DNA of 64,000 nt, from NCBI GenBank assembly GCA_965237675.1, contig OZ250150.1, positions 5,120,001 through 5,184,000 of the forward strand, given 5' to 3'. Positions 27,950 to 40,169 of the stretch are shown here, one piece after another; the first letter of the stretch is position 1, and each line of letters starts with the position of its first letter. Position numbers and translations under genes: made by a program. The DNA comes from Candidatus Latescibacterota bacterium. GTDB lineage: Bacteria; Latescibacterota; UBA2968; GCA-2709665. The notes beneath the pieces were generated by a model, which was given only the letters and a program-made list of their open reading frames with translations, did not search any database and was not told the DNA's origin.

Positions 27950-30147
27950 TCCGTACGCTGAATCATCTGCTCAAGGGCCGCTTCCGTATCGCCACGCAAC
28001 TCTATCTCGGAATCGGAGGCGCCGTTGCCATAACCATGGTCGCCAGTCTGGTCGGGTGGTTCTCATTCGATCTCGTGGGCGACATTCAGAACCGTGTGAA
28101 CGAGGGCAGCGTCCCTGAAATGGCCGCCGCTTTTGGAGTCGCCCAGCAGAGCGGTACTCTGGTCGCCGCCGCTCCTCGTCTGACGTCGGCCGCGACTGTG
28201 GACGACTTCGACCGCGTAAAGGCAGATATCGCCGAAGAGCGCAGGGCTTTCGAAACGCAGTTGGCGGCCCTGATGCGCCGGGACATCAAGCAAGAAAACG
28301 AGGAGCGTCACAGGCGAATTCGCGACTATGCCGCCGCGCTCACGTCCAACATCGAAGCAATTGAGCACGAGGTAGCCGAGTTGTTCAAAGTCAGCGCACG
28401 TAGCGAAGCGCTACGTGCGGAACTGTCCGATTTACGGGGCAAGTTGTCCGGCATGCTGATACCCGCCATCGACGATCAGCTCTTCTATGCGATGACAGGC
28501 TACCGTACTATTGGCCAACCGCCCGCGCCCCGCGAGCGGCATTTTTCAAATGATGAATTCGATCGGTACCGCCACCTGGCCGATCTGAAGGCCGACGCCA
28601 CTATCGCAACACAACTCCTGTCAAGTTCATTCAATCTGTCGGATGCCCTTCTGCTGGAACCACTTCGGGAGCGTTTTGAAGCTGCTGCCGGGCGTATCGA
28701 GCGGAGCTTGTCGGCACTGGGTACATCCCCCTGGCGCGATCGAATCGCCCCGCACCTGAATCGGCTTTTCGAGCTGGGTCTGGGCGAACAGGGCAGTTTC
28801 GATCTGCTAATTCGCGAGTTCGCGCTGACCGAGCGGCAGCGAAACCTCCTCCAGGACAATCAGAACCTCGAAATCGAACTCGACACCGAAGTTGAGGGGC
28901 TCGTCAGTGCTGCCCGTGAGCGCACCCAGGAAGCCACGCGGGCATCCACTCAGGCGATCGGGACGGGGCGTAGCGTTCTGCTGGGTCTAAACGTGGTGAG
29001 CATCACCGGGGCCGTACTGATCGCCTGGCTTTTCGTTGGCCGTGTGTTGTTGCGCCGGCTCGAACGGTTGTCGGACAGGATGCGAGGCATGGCCGATGGC
29101 GACCTGGAAGCCAGGGTCGACATGAGCGGGAACGACGAGGTCGCCGATATGGCGGCGGCTCTGGAGGTATTCCGGCGTCACGCCCTGGAAGTCCAACGCC
29201 TGAACCTCGTCGAAAAGCTGGCTGAGGAGTTGCGGGAGAAAAACGAGCAGCTGGAAGCCGTGTTGGAGGACCTCCGGCGGGCACAGGACCAGATTGTGAT
29301 GCGGGAGAAACTGGCGGCGCTTGGGGAGCTGACCGCCGGGGTGGCCCACGAGATCAAGAACCCGCTGAATTTTGTCAAGAATTTCTCCGAGGTCTCCGGG
29401 GAACTATTGGAGGAACTCCAGGAGGAACTTGAGGAAACACTCAGCGAGGAGGCCGGGAATCTGGACGAAGAACAGCGGGAACTCATCCAGGAAATCTGCC
29501 AGGACCTCACCGACAACCTCGCACGCATCGGCGAACACGGAGAGCGCGCCAACCGGATCGTCCAGGACATGCTGTCAATGGGACGGGATTCCGCCCAGCG
29601 GCAGCCGACCAACATCAACCACCTGCTCGACGAACACGCCAGGCTTGCCTATCACAGCGTAAGGGCGGCCGACCCGGACTTCCAACTCGACATCCAACAG
29701 GATCTGGATCCGTCAGTGGGGGAAGTCGCGGTGATCCCACAGGATATGGGCCGGGTGTTTCTGAACATGGTGAGCAATGCCTGCTACGCGACTGACGAAA
29801 AACGGCGAGCGAATGAACAATCCGACAATAACAAAGCGCCTTACATGCCGACCCTGTGGTTGACAACCCGACGTGGCTCGGAACGGTTCGAGGTACGTAT
29901 CAAGGATAACGGAAGTGGAATGCCACCCCATGTGGTCGACAAGATTTTCAACCCGTTTTTCACGACCAAGCCCACGGACCAGGGCACAGGTCTCGGTCTT
30001 GCCCTTTCCAACGATATTGTCCGCGAGCACGGAGGCAACATACGGGTCGAGACCGAACCCGGCGAATTTACCGAGATGGTTGTCGAAATTCCACTGGAAG
30101 CACCCGCACTGGTGGTGGATGATACCACGAATGACGATGCGCCCTGA
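27946..30147 (+). CDS. Sensor histidine kinase with TorS-like periplasmic domain and HAMP
   Basis: Two TMs, [14 protein letters not shown]-box [27 protein letters not shown]. Confidence 0.93.
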   Translation: MIRTLNHLLKGRFRIATQLYLGIGGAVAITMVASLVGWFSFDLVGDIQNRVNEGSVPEMAAAFGVAQQSGTLVAAAPRLTSAATVDDFDRVKADIAEERRAFETQLAALMRRDIKQENEERHRRIRDYAAALTSNIEAIEHEVAELFKVSARSEALRAELSDLRGKLSGMLIPAIDDQLFYAMTGYRTIGQPPAPRERHFSNDEFDRYRHLADLKADATIATQLLSSSFNLSDALLLEPLRERFEAAAGRIERSLSALGTSPWRDRIAPHLNRLFELGLGEQGSFDLLIREFALTERQRNLLQDNQNLEIELDTEVEGLVSAARERTQEATRASTQAIGTGRSVLLGLNVVSITGAVLIAWLFVGRVLLRRLERLSDRMRGMADGDLEARVDMSGNDEVADMAAALEVFRRHALEVQRLNLVEKLAEELREKNEQLEAVLEDLRRAQDQIVMREKLAALGELTAGVAHEIKNPLNFVKNFSEVSGELLEELQEELEETLSEEAGNLDEEQRELIQEICQDLTDNLARIGEHGERANRIVQDMLSMGRDSAQRQPTNINHLLDEHARLAYHSVRAADPDFQLDIQQDLDPSVGEVAVIPQDMGRVFLNMVSNACYATDEKRRANEQSDNNKAPYMPTLWLTTRRGSERFEVRIKDNGSGMPPHVVDKIFNPFFTTKPTDQGTGLGLALSNDIVREHGGNIRVETEPGEFTEMVVEIPLEAPALVVDDTTNDDAP

Positions 30148-30169
30148 TGCCAGAACGCAGAACCAGCGC

Positions 30170-30256
30170 AGCCGCGTTGCCTTGCGCCGGGGCAGCCTCG
30201 TAGTGAACTCCAGCCAGGGCGGAGGCGGCAAAGACCTCTGGGTTTTGGACACCTGA
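30170..30256 (+). pseudogene. C-terminal remnant of a circularly permuted ATP-grasp type 2 protein (DUF404/407)
   Basis: [28 protein letters not shown] matches the conserved family C-terminus. Confidence 0.8.
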
Positions 30257-30328
30257 TCAGAAGGACTCGTTTTTCGAACGGAAGACCACGCATTTTTCCA
30301 TTATGGCACAACCACGAAAGGAGAGGGT

Positions 30329-31714
30329 ATGACAGGTTCCACGAAATTGCCATTCCGAAAGCGCCTTGGCAGCACCATGGGGAAAGGCGCCCTGGTTTTG
30401 CTTGGCTGCATGCTTTGCGGAACCACCGCCGCGCACGCCGCGGTTGACCAGGAAACCATGTTTGTCTTCAATACCTTCGCGTTCCTTATATGGGGTGCGC
30501 TTATCATGTGGATGTGTGCCGGGTTCACCATGCTCGAGTCCGGGTCGGTACGTACAAAGAACGCCGGGATGATCTGCATGAAGAACATCGGGTTATATTC
30601 CATAGCGGGGCTGGCCTATTACCTCGTCGGCTATAACCTCATGTACACCGACGTCGGGAAGTTTGTCGGTTCATTCAAGTTCCTCTACGGGCCGTCTGCC
30701 GCCGACCTCGCCCTTGTGGCGGGACAGGAAGGGGCGAAAGCCAAGGTCGTGGCGAACAAATACTCCACTATGTCCGACTGGTTCTTCCAGATGGTGTTCG
30801 TGGCAACCGCCGCCTCGATCGTCTCCGGCGCGCTCGCGGAACGCGTCAAGATGTGGTCGTTTTTTCTCTTCACGCTGGCGCTGACGGCCGTAATCTATCC
30901 CATTGTGGGCGCCTGGACCTGGGGTGGAGGGTGGCTGAGCGCTATGGGTTTCAAGGATTTCGCCGGCTCGACCATCGTCCACAGCACGGGCGGCTGGGCG
31001 GCGCTGGCGGGCGTACTGGTGGTAGGGCCGCGGCTGGGAAAATTCCGGAGGGACGGCACGATTAAGGCCACGCCGCCATCCAATATCGTCGCGGTAACGC
31101 TGGGCGTCTTCATCCTATGGTTTGGTTGGCTCGGCTTCAACGGCGGATCCCAGTTGGCATTGGGAAGTGCCGCCGACGCAGTGGCTATGAGCCATGTGTT
31201 GGTCAACACGAACCTCGCGGCGTCGGCCGGAGTGCTGGTCGCTCTCATTTTATCGAAGCCGATCCTCGGACGCATGGATCTGTTCGCCAGCCTGAACGGC
31301 GCCATTGCCGGGCTGGTGTCGATTACTGCCGGGCCCGACATTGTCGAACACTATTGGGCAATCGTCATCGGCGGTATAGGCGCCGCCCTGTGCACGCTGG
31401 GAATCCGACTGCTGGAGAGGTTGAAGATCGACGACGTCGTCGGTGCGGTGCCCGCCCACTTATTCGCAGGCATCTGGGGAACGTTGGCGGTCTGCATCGC
31501 GGCAGGGGGCAATTTCGGCGTGCAACTGCTGGGCACGGTGGCGGTTGGCGTGTTCGTATTTTCGGTCACGTGGGTGATGTGGCGACTGTTGGCCGCGACC
31601 CTCGGCGTGCGCGTGTCCGACAAGGTCGAACGATTGGGCCAGGATGTCGGGGAGTTGGGAATGGAGGCCTACCCGGAGTTTGTGCTCAACCCTGAAGAAC
31701 CTGACGACGATTGA
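30329..31714 (+). CDS. amtB: Ammonium transporter (Amt)
   Basis: GFTMLESG, FQMVF, DFAGSTIVH, GWLGFNGGS, DDVVGAVPAH (twin His retained). Confidence 0.95.
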   Translation: MTGSTKLPFRKRLGSTMGKGALVLLGCMLCGTTAAHAAVDQETMFVFNTFAFLIWGALIMWMCAGFTMLESGSVRTKNAGMICMKNIGLYSIAGLAYYLVGYNLMYTDVGKFVGSFKFLYGPSAADLALVAGQEGAKAKVVANKYSTMSDWFFQMVFVATAASIVSGALAERVKMWSFFLFTLALTAVIYPIVGAWTWGGGWLSAMGFKDFAGSTIVHSTGGWAALAGVLVVGPRLGKFRRDGTIKATPPSNIVAVTLGVFILWFGWLGFNGGSQLALGSAADAVAMSHVLVNTNLAASAGVLVALILSKPILGRMDLFASLNGAIAGLVSITAGPDIVEHYWAIVIGGIGAALCTLGIRLLERLKIDDVVGAVPAHLFAGIWGTLAVCIAAGGNFGVQLLGTVAVGVFVFSVTWVMWRLLAATLGVRVSDKVERLGQDVGELGMEAYPEFVLNPEEPDDD

Positions 31715-32028
31715 TGGCAAGGAATTCTGGAAAACCGCGGTTACTGTCACGCAGTGCACGGGGCCTCTATTGGATAGGCCGTTACCTGGAACGGGCGGAG
31801 TATCTCTGCCGCCTGCTGCGATTTCATGTCGAAGCGCTTGTGGATCGGCCAATCCGTGAAATCTATTTCGGCTGGAGTCGCATTTACATGAGCTTGAATC
31901 GGCGGCCTCCCGGCGGTAGCATCACGATGGCCGGGAACGACGATTTCACGCTGGCCGATTCCACCCGGACTCGGAGCCGCCGCGTGGAGGGAGATCGACC
32001 CCTGGAAGGATTCATTCGGGCAATGTGA
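31714..32028 (+). pseudogene. Truncated alpha-E (DUF403) domain protein
   Basis: TGATG-coupled to amt; LLSRSARGLYWIGRYLERAE motif; only about 105 aa. Confidence 0.8.
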
Positions 32029-32075
32029 CTATACCCATCCGAGTGCGCCCTCATGCGGATCTGTAATTTCCGACC

Positions 32076-32104
32076 TTGACAGATTTCCATTTCCCATATA
32101 TCTT
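32076..32104 (+). promoter_or_regulatory. sigma70-type promoter of thiC
   Basis: TTGACA-17 nt-TATCTT. Confidence 0.75.
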
Positions 32105-32115
32105 CTACCCCTAGA

Positions 32116-32190
32116 TCCGCATGGGGTGCCGAACGGCTGAGATCATACCCTTGGAACCTGATCTGGATTATGCCAGCGTAGGGAAGCGGA
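32116..32190 (+). ncRNA. TPP riboswitch
   Basis: GGGGTGCC...GGCTGAGATCATACCCTTGGAACCTGATCTGGATTATGCCAGCGTAGGGAAG, upstream of thiC. Confidence 0.96.
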
Positions 32191-32212
32191 ACAAAGGTCT
32201 TCCAGCCATTAA

Positions 32213-34021
<1,809 letters not shown>

Positions 34022-34151
34022 CCTGTGTCCGGCGCTTGCCCCGGGGCTCCCTCGGAGACGATTGCGGACCTCAAATGGCACGCCCCGACGGGGCGTGCCA
34101 AATCCGTTCGCATCCCTCCGTTCCCCAACGCAGAAGTTGCGCTCAGCAAGA

Positions 34152-35516
34152 TCAACACCGTGCCTCGGTCCGGGACACCCTTCGTTGTCTCTCTTCCCTC
34201 ACGCCGGCCGCCTCGATGACTGGCGCCTCCTCGCCGGCTTCAACCATTCGGCGGGCCAACCGTTGCCTCATTATCTGCGCCACCTCCTGATGAGAGGCCA
34301 TTCCGATCAGATTGCACAACTCGTACGGGTCTGCCTCCAGATCGTACAGATATTGCTCCAGGTACCGATCCGATCCCGCGTGTTGCGCGCCGTGGCGTTC
34401 CGGCGCATCCACACCGTATTTCCACCGATGCGTGCGCACGGCACGCCCCACCTGGGCTTCGCTTATCTGTACGATCGTCTCCTCCGGCCATCCCTCATTG
34501 TTTCCAACGGTCAGCGGCAGAATCGACCGACCCTGCATCTTCTCGGGAACCGGGATCCCGGCGGCGTCAAGCAATGTGGGCGTCAGGTCGATCGTATTCA
34601 CCAGTTCACGTAGACGCCCCCCTCCGTCGAATCCCGGCCCCTGAAGAGCCGTTGGCACACGAATCGAACTTTCGTGGCAGGACCGCTTGTATTCCGCATT
34701 CCGCGTCTTGAAGTGACACCCGTGGTCCGACGTAAACATCACCACCGTCCGTTCGGTCAGACCCGTACTCTTCAACGCGTCCAACATCCTCCCCAATGCC
34801 TCATCAAGCCGTTTAACCATCCCGTAGTAGCCACCCAGATGGCGGTGGGAAGATCCGCCGAGGGCCGCCAGATCCGGCGGTATCCATCCGCCGGTATACC
34901 GCTCGCGGTATCCATCCGGTGCCGGATAGTCGTCAATATGGTTCTGGTGGTGCGGTTCGATATAGGAAACAAACAGAAAAAACGGATGTTCCGTGTTCCC
35001 GTGAATATACCGGATGGCCGCATCCGTTACCGCATCGACCCGGTATCCCGGCAGATCCACCGGATCTCCCTGGTTGTCGTATAAAACCGTTCGATATGCC
35101 TCCGACGTAAATTCGAGTACGTTCGATGCCAGCCAGTACTCGTAACCTCCGCGTCCCTCCGGCGGAACAGGTCCGGTCGTTCCCCGTCCATACAGATGCC
35201 ACTTGCCGATATACCCCGTACGGTAACCCGCATTCCTGAAATAATGCGCCAGCGTCCGGCTTTCCGGTGGCAGAGGAATTCCGTTGCGAAAGCATCCCGT
35301 CGTCGTCGCGTACAGCCCGGTTTGAAGACAGGACCGTGCCGGGCCGCAAACCGGCTGGCAGGTGAACGAATTGAATACGTGGGTCCCACCGTGAGCCATC
35401 CGGTCGAAATTGGGCGTCAGACCCATGGGATTCCCGTGAACCCCGGTTGTGTCCCACCGTTGTTGATCCGTATAGAATACCACCACGTTCGGTTTATCTG
35501 AAATCCCCATGCCCAT
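34152..35516 (-). CDS. Cys-type sulfatase
   Basis: KPNVV...TDQQR, CGPARSCLQTG (CxPxR), GKWHL, FTSDHG. Confidence 0.93.
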   Translation of the reverse strand: MGMGISDKPNVVVFYTDQQRWDTTGVHGNPMGLTPNFDRMAHGGTHVFNSFTCQPVCGPARSCLQTGLYATTTGCFRNGIPLPPESRTLAHYFRNAGYRTGYIGKWHLYGRGTTGPVPPEGRGGYEYWLASNVLEFTSEAYRTVLYDNQGDPVDLPGYRVDAVTDAAIRYIHGNTEHPFFLFVSYIEPHHQNHIDDYPAPDGYRERYTGGWIPPDLAALGGSSHRHLGGYYGMVKRLDEALGRMLDALKSTGLTERTVVMFTSDHGCHFKTRNAEYKRSCHESSIRVPTALQGPGFDGGGRLRELVNTIDLTPTLLDAAGIPVPEKMQGRSILPLTVGNNEGWPEETIVQISEAQVGRAVRTHRWKYGVDAPERHGAQHAGSDRYLEQYLYDLEADPYELCNLIGMASHQEVAQIMRQRLARRMVEAGEEAPVIEAAGVREERQRRVSRTEARC

Positions 35517-35814
35517 ACCTACCTCCGTTGCCGTGCATATCGAGTTGTCATACGCGAGATTCTCCGCGCCAAAAACAGGATACGCCACTCCGTGCGTGCC
35601 CCTGAATTCACGTCTTCCAACTGGCTCCTTGAATTCATCTCATCGATACGACAGTTTGTGGATTCGCTGATTGGATATTGTGGACCCTTTCGCTTCGGGA
35701 CACGCTGCGAAAGGACGTGACAGAACGCTGACGTGGGGATATCTTATGGAATCGCCTGTACGCCTGTCCGACCTTTGGCACATGGTCCCAGGGGATCGCT
35801 GAAAGGAAAACCAG

Positions 35815-37098
35815 TTGATGCGCGATCTGCTCGATAAGGCCGACCGCTATCTTGCCGGGGGCTGTCTGGGCAGCTTTCGAATGCCTGACGAAGTAGCAAC
35901 CGTGATCCAGCGCGGCAGCGGTTGTCGGCTCTACGATACGGGTGGCCGGGAGTACATCGACTACGTCCTCGGTTCCGGCCCGCTCATCCTGGGCCACGCC
36001 CACCCGGCCGTGGTCGAAGCCGTCCAACGCCAGGTAGCGCTGGGTTCGACTTTTTATGCACTCAATGAACCCGTCATTCGCCTGGCCGAGCGCATCGTTG
36101 AAGCCTCGCCCTGCGGGGAATCCATCCGCTTCACCTCCTCCGGCACCGAAGGGACTTTTTCTGCCCTCCGAATGGCGCGCGCATTCACCGGCCGGGAGAA
36201 GATCCTCAAATTTGAAGGCGGTTGGCACGGTGCCCACGACTACGCCCAGCAAAGCACGACACCGCCGCGGCCCACGGACGGCCCCCTGCCCGTCCCCGAC
36301 TGCCATGGCATTCCCAAGGCCGTCGGCCAATCGGTTCTGGTCGCCCCGTTCAACGACTCCGGAGCTGCAGAAGAACTCATCGCATCCTACGCGGACGACC
36401 TGGCCGCCGTCATCGTCGAGCCCTTTCAGCGCGCCCTTCGGCCCGAGCCCGGCTTTCTGGTGGCCATTCGACAAGCTTCGACGGCCCACGGCATTATTCT
36501 CATTTTCGACGAAGTCGTCACCGGCTTCCGCATCGCCTGGGGCGGCGCACAGGAACGGTACGGCGTGGTCCCCGACGTCGCCGTGTACGGAAAGACGATT
36601 AGCGGCGGTTATCCGATGGCCGCCATCTGTGGTCGCGCGGACGTCCTGGCCTGCGCCGATCCCAGACGGAAGGGAATCGCGCCATACACATTTGTCAGCG
36701 GTACTACAAACGGCAACCCCGTCAGTGCGGTCGCCGGCCTCGCAACGTTGGACATATTGGAAACCGATGGCGTCTATAAACGGCTCTACGAAATCCCCGC
36801 GCGCCTCAAACACGGCCTGGAGTCACTTGGCGCAAGCGAGGGACTACCTCTTCAAGTGCTGGGTGAAGGTCCGGTGCTGCAGCCTTATTTCGCGGATTTG
36901 GAGATTAGAAACTACGCCGACACCCTCAAGGCCGACGCTGGCGCCGCCCAACAGTTCAGCATCGAAATGATCAAACGGGGCATCTTCTTCAATCCTCGCG
37001 GCAAGCTTTATTTTTCGCTCGCCCACACGGAAGCGGACATCGACCACACGCTGGAGGTCGCTGAAACAGCCCTTAAGCGTGTTGAAGTCAGTTTATAG
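35815..37098 (+). CDS. Class III PLP aminotransferase (GSA-aminomutase-like)
   Basis: GPLILGHAHP, SSGTEG, FDEVVTGFR, YGKTISGGYP, SGTTNGNP. Confidence 0.9.
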   Translation: MMRDLLDKADRYLAGGCLGSFRMPDEVATVIQRGSGCRLYDTGGREYIDYVLGSGPLILGHAHPAVVEAVQRQVALGSTFYALNEPVIRLAERIVEASPCGESIRFTSSGTEGTFSALRMARAFTGREKILKFEGGWHGAHDYAQQSTTPPRPTDGPLPVPDCHGIPKAVGQSVLVAPFNDSGAAEELIASYADDLAAVIVEPFQRALRPEPGFLVAIRQASTAHGIILIFDEVVTGFRIAWGGAQERYGVVPDVAVYGKTISGGYPMAAICGRADVLACADPRRKGIAPYTFVSGTTNGNPVSAVAGLATLDILETDGVYKRLYEIPARLKHGLESLGASEGLPLQVLGEGPVLQPYFADLEIRNYADTLKADAGAAQQFSIEMIKRGIFFNPRGKLYFSLAHTEADIDHTLEVAETALKRVEVSL

Positions 37099-37185
37099 TA
37101 CCTGCCGGGGATCGGTCGTTATGGCAGCTGCCGGTGTATCGCTGTAAGCCTGTTTTCAAAGGCGCCGCCCTTTTTCAAAGGCGAA

Positions 37186-38181
37186 ATGCAATATATGGAA
37201 CTTTTCTTGGAAAAATCCACCGTTGTCGGGTCCGGTCTGTTGGGCAGTCAGATCGCCCTGGTCCTCGCCCTTGGGAGCAGGGAAACCTGGCTGATCGGTC
37301 GGCGGGCGGAAAGCCTGAGAAATGCCCGAAGAAACCTGAAACGGTATGCGCAAGACCTATACCGGCACAACCGGCTTCGGGGTGAAACACCCGAGACTGT
37401 CCTGGACCGTATCCGTACCACCACGGACCTGAAGGGCGCGGTTGCTGATTCCGCCTTTGTCGTGGAATCCATCACCGAAGATCTCGACGCCAAACAGGCG
37501 CTCTTCCAGCGTCTGGACGCTCTCGCGGGCAGGGAAGTTCCCCTTGTCAGCAACACCTCCGGCCTGCCCATTAGCAGACTCGCGGAACAGGCGCGGCACA
37601 AAAATCGCGTTGCCGGCTCCCATTTCGTCCAGCCGGCCCACATCGTACCCGTCGCCGAAATCGTCCGCGGCGAGCAGACTTCGAACGAGACGATGGACCG
37701 CATCGCCAACATATGGCAACGCCTCGACCGCTTTCCCCTTCGCGTAAAAAGAGACGTGCCGGGGTTCCTCGTCAACCGGCTACAGCACGCGCTCATCCGC
37801 GAAGCCGTGGACCTGCTGGCCTCCGGCGTCGCCACAGCGGAAGACATCGACGCCGCCTTCCGCCTTGGACTGGCGCCCAGATTCACCACAGCAGGCCCAT
37901 TGGAACAGCGCGACATCAACGGACTGACCATGCACGTCCGCGTGGCCTCGCACCTCTGGCAGACGCTGGCCGGGTGGGAGAAGCCACTGGCCTATCTTCA
38001 GGCGCTCGTCGCGACGGGAGCAACCGGCCTGGATTCCGGAAACGGCTATTACAACTGGACGGACCGCGATCCCGACGCGGTCCGCTCCGAAAAGGACGAA
38101 CTGCTTCTTTGCCGCACCCGGCAGGTAATGACCGATTGGGAAGAGGAACGCGACAGACACGGAACGCCATCGGCCACTTAG
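37186..38181 (+). CDS. 3-hydroxyacyl-CoA dehydrogenase family protein
   Basis: VVGSGLLG, ESITEDLDAK, SNTSG, HFVQP, PGFLVNRLQ. Confidence 0.9.
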   Translation: MQYMELFLEKSTVVGSGLLGSQIALVLALGSRETWLIGRRAESLRNARRNLKRYAQDLYRHNRLRGETPETVLDRIRTTTDLKGAVADSAFVVESITEDLDAKQALFQRLDALAGREVPLVSNTSGLPISRLAEQARHKNRVAGSHFVQPAHIVPVAEIVRGEQTSNETMDRIANIWQRLDRFPLRVKRDVPGFLVNRLQHALIREAVDLLASGVATAEDIDAAFRLGLAPRFTTAGPLEQRDINGLTMHVRVASHLWQTLAGWEKPLAYLQALVATGATGLDSGNGYYNWTDRDPDAVRSEKDELLLCRTRQVMTDWEEERDRHGTPSAT

Positions 38182-38377
38182 CATTCAGATGGCCAGATCC
38201 GCCGTATTGCCCGGTCGCCCGGGTTCACATATCCGGTTTCTTCGCACCCGTCTGAAGGACGATTCCGATGGTTCACACGCGAGCACGAACCGGAGACACG
38301 TCCCTCGAAATTCTGTGACAGTGTTTCGTTTAACGGCCGAATCCACAGACCTGAAGCACAAAAAGACAGGAAATGAA

Positions 38378-39253
38378 ATGGCGACCATCAGATGTATCAT
38401 GTCTGACGAAGAACGTTATTTCTTCGACCTGACCGGGTATCTCGTCGTTAGAAACGCCCTCACACCCGAAGAGATGCAAGCGTGCAATAGCGCTCTTGAT
38501 CGCTTTGCCGACCAAATGTCCACACGTCCCATCGAGTCCCAAAGCCTCGCCGCAGGCTCACCGGCCCTGGTGGGCGCGCAGGGGCGCACGGAACTTACGG
38601 GGATGCTCGGCTGGCCGGCGCCATACCGCGAACCGTTCCGCAGACTTCTGATCCATCCCGTTGTGGTCTCCCGACTGAACGTAATGTCAGGCAAAGGATT
38701 CCGCCTGGACCATGGCCCCCTGCTAATAGGCGCCGAAGCCGGCGCGGAGGGTCACCAGTTGCACGGTGCGGGGGAGCCCTTCAGTCCTTCCGTATGGTAC
38801 CACCAGCAAAACGGCAACATCTACTGCAGGGGCGTCACCGTCGCCTGGCAACTCGCCGACGTCAACAAGGGCGACGGTGGTTTCTGCATCGTTCCCGGCA
38901 GCCACAAGACCCGCGAACCCACCCCGAACGGTGTCCGGTCCGTCGAAGACCACATGGACCTGGTTGTACAGCCCGTGATGAATGCCGGCGACCTCCTGTT
39001 TTTCGCCGAAACCGCCACACACGGCACCCTGCCCTGGAGAGGCAAAAACAGACGGCGTTCCGTACTCTACAAATATGCTTCGCGGGCCGCAGCGCGGGCC
39101 ACGGGCCGGCACTTCGCACCGGAAGCGCGGTGGGGGGAATGGGTTCGCGACCTCACACCCGAACAGCGAGCGGTCCTCTACGGCCCGGGCGTCCACACCG
39201 GCGACAATTTTCCGAGACTGGATTCCGACGGTCGCGAAACCTGGATCGTCTAA
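38378..39253 (+). CDS. PhyH-family Fe(II)/2OG oxygenase, H-G-A variant
   Basis: FDLTGYLVV, LHGAGE, GGFCIVPGSHK, AGDLLFF...THGT, RRSVLYKY. Confidence 0.88.
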   Translation: MATIRCIMSDEERYFFDLTGYLVVRNALTPEEMQACNSALDRFADQMSTRPIESQSLAAGSPALVGAQGRTELTGMLGWPAPYREPFRRLLIHPVVVSRLNVMSGKGFRLDHGPLLIGAEAGAEGHQLHGAGEPFSPSVWYHQQNGNIYCRGVTVAWQLADVNKGDGGFCIVPGSHKTREPTPNGVRSVEDHMDLVVQPVMNAGDLLFFAETATHGTLPWRGKNRRRSVLYKYASRAAARATGRHFAPEARWGEWVRDLTPEQRAVLYGPGVHTGDNFPRLDSDGRETWIV

Positions 39254-39294
39254 ATGGCCCCTCACGCGGGCAGGGCGTGTCCCTGGAGTGCAAG

Positions 39295-40158
39295 ATGACT
39301 GAAAAAGAACGCTATTTCTGGGATCTCACGGGCTTCCTCATTATTGAAGGGGTACTGACACCCGGAGAAATCGCCGCTGCAAACGAGGCCATCGATCGCC
39401 ACCGGGAACAGATGCAAACAGCCGAACGCAATCTCGGCGCGAGAGACTCGGTTGCCCTCAAGGGCAGCGGCCGCCCCACGATGCACGGCCTGCTGCAAAT
39501 GGAACATCCTTACTGTGAACCCTATCGGAAAATGCTTGTGCATCCCGCCGTCGTCTCACGCCTGAACGTCATGTGCGGCAGCGGGTTTCGCCTTGACCAC
39601 GGCCCCTTGCTCATCGCCGGCGTCAAGGGCACCGAAGGCCTGACCATGCACGGCGCGGGTGAACCGCACAGACCCAACGTGGCCTACAACAATCAGAACG
39701 GGCAAATGTATTGCGGCGGCGTCACGGTGAGTTGGCAACTCGCCGACGTAAATCCCGGTGACGGCGGATTCGCGTGCGTACGCGGAAGCCACAAATCCGG
39801 ATTTCCAATGCCTCCGGGCGTGCGCACCTGCGACGACGATATGGATACCGTTGTACAGCCAGCCATGCGCGCCGGAGATGTACTCTTCTTCATGGACGGT
39901 GCGCAGACCCACGGCACACGTCCCTGGCAGAGCGACCGGCCCCGCCGCTCCGTGCTGTTCAAATACGCCGCCCGCTCCAGCGTACGGGGCGGCCCCGCGA
40001 AGGACCTGGCCCCTCCCGAAGTTTACTGGGGCGAAGATGTCGTTGAGGGGATGACGGACGAACAGCGCGCGGTCATGTTCGGTCCCTACGCCAACCACCG
40101 GGACGAAATTCCATTCCTTACCGTGGATGAAAGCGGTACCGTCCAAATCGGACGCTGA
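39295..40158 (+). CDS. PhyH-family Fe(II)/2OG oxygenase, H-G-A variant (tandem paralog)
   Basis: WDLTGFLII, MHGAGE, GGFACVRGSHK, THGT, RRSVLFKY. Confidence 0.88.
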   Translation: MTEKERYFWDLTGFLIIEGVLTPGEIAAANEAIDRHREQMQTAERNLGARDSVALKGSGRPTMHGLLQMEHPYCEPYRKMLVHPAVVSRLNVMCGSGFRLDHGPLLIAGVKGTEGLTMHGAGEPHRPNVAYNNQNGQMYCGGVTVSWQLADVNPGDGGFACVRGSHKSGFPMPPGVRTCDDDMDTVVQPAMRAGDVLFFMDGAQTHGTRPWQSDRPRRSVLFKYAARSSVRGGPAKDLAPPEVYWGEDVVEGMTDEQRAVMFGPYANHRDEIPFLTVDESGTVQIGR

Positions 40159-40169
40159 AACACAGCTCT

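Noticed and set aside
35815-37098. Calling the aminotransferase hemL
   Set aside because: The motifs diverge and the context is not tetrapyrrole synthesis, so it is left at family level.
38794-39294. N-terminal extension of the second PhyH ORF
   Set aside because: It overlaps the upstream PhyH gene out of frame; the likely start is ATG 39295 after GGAG.
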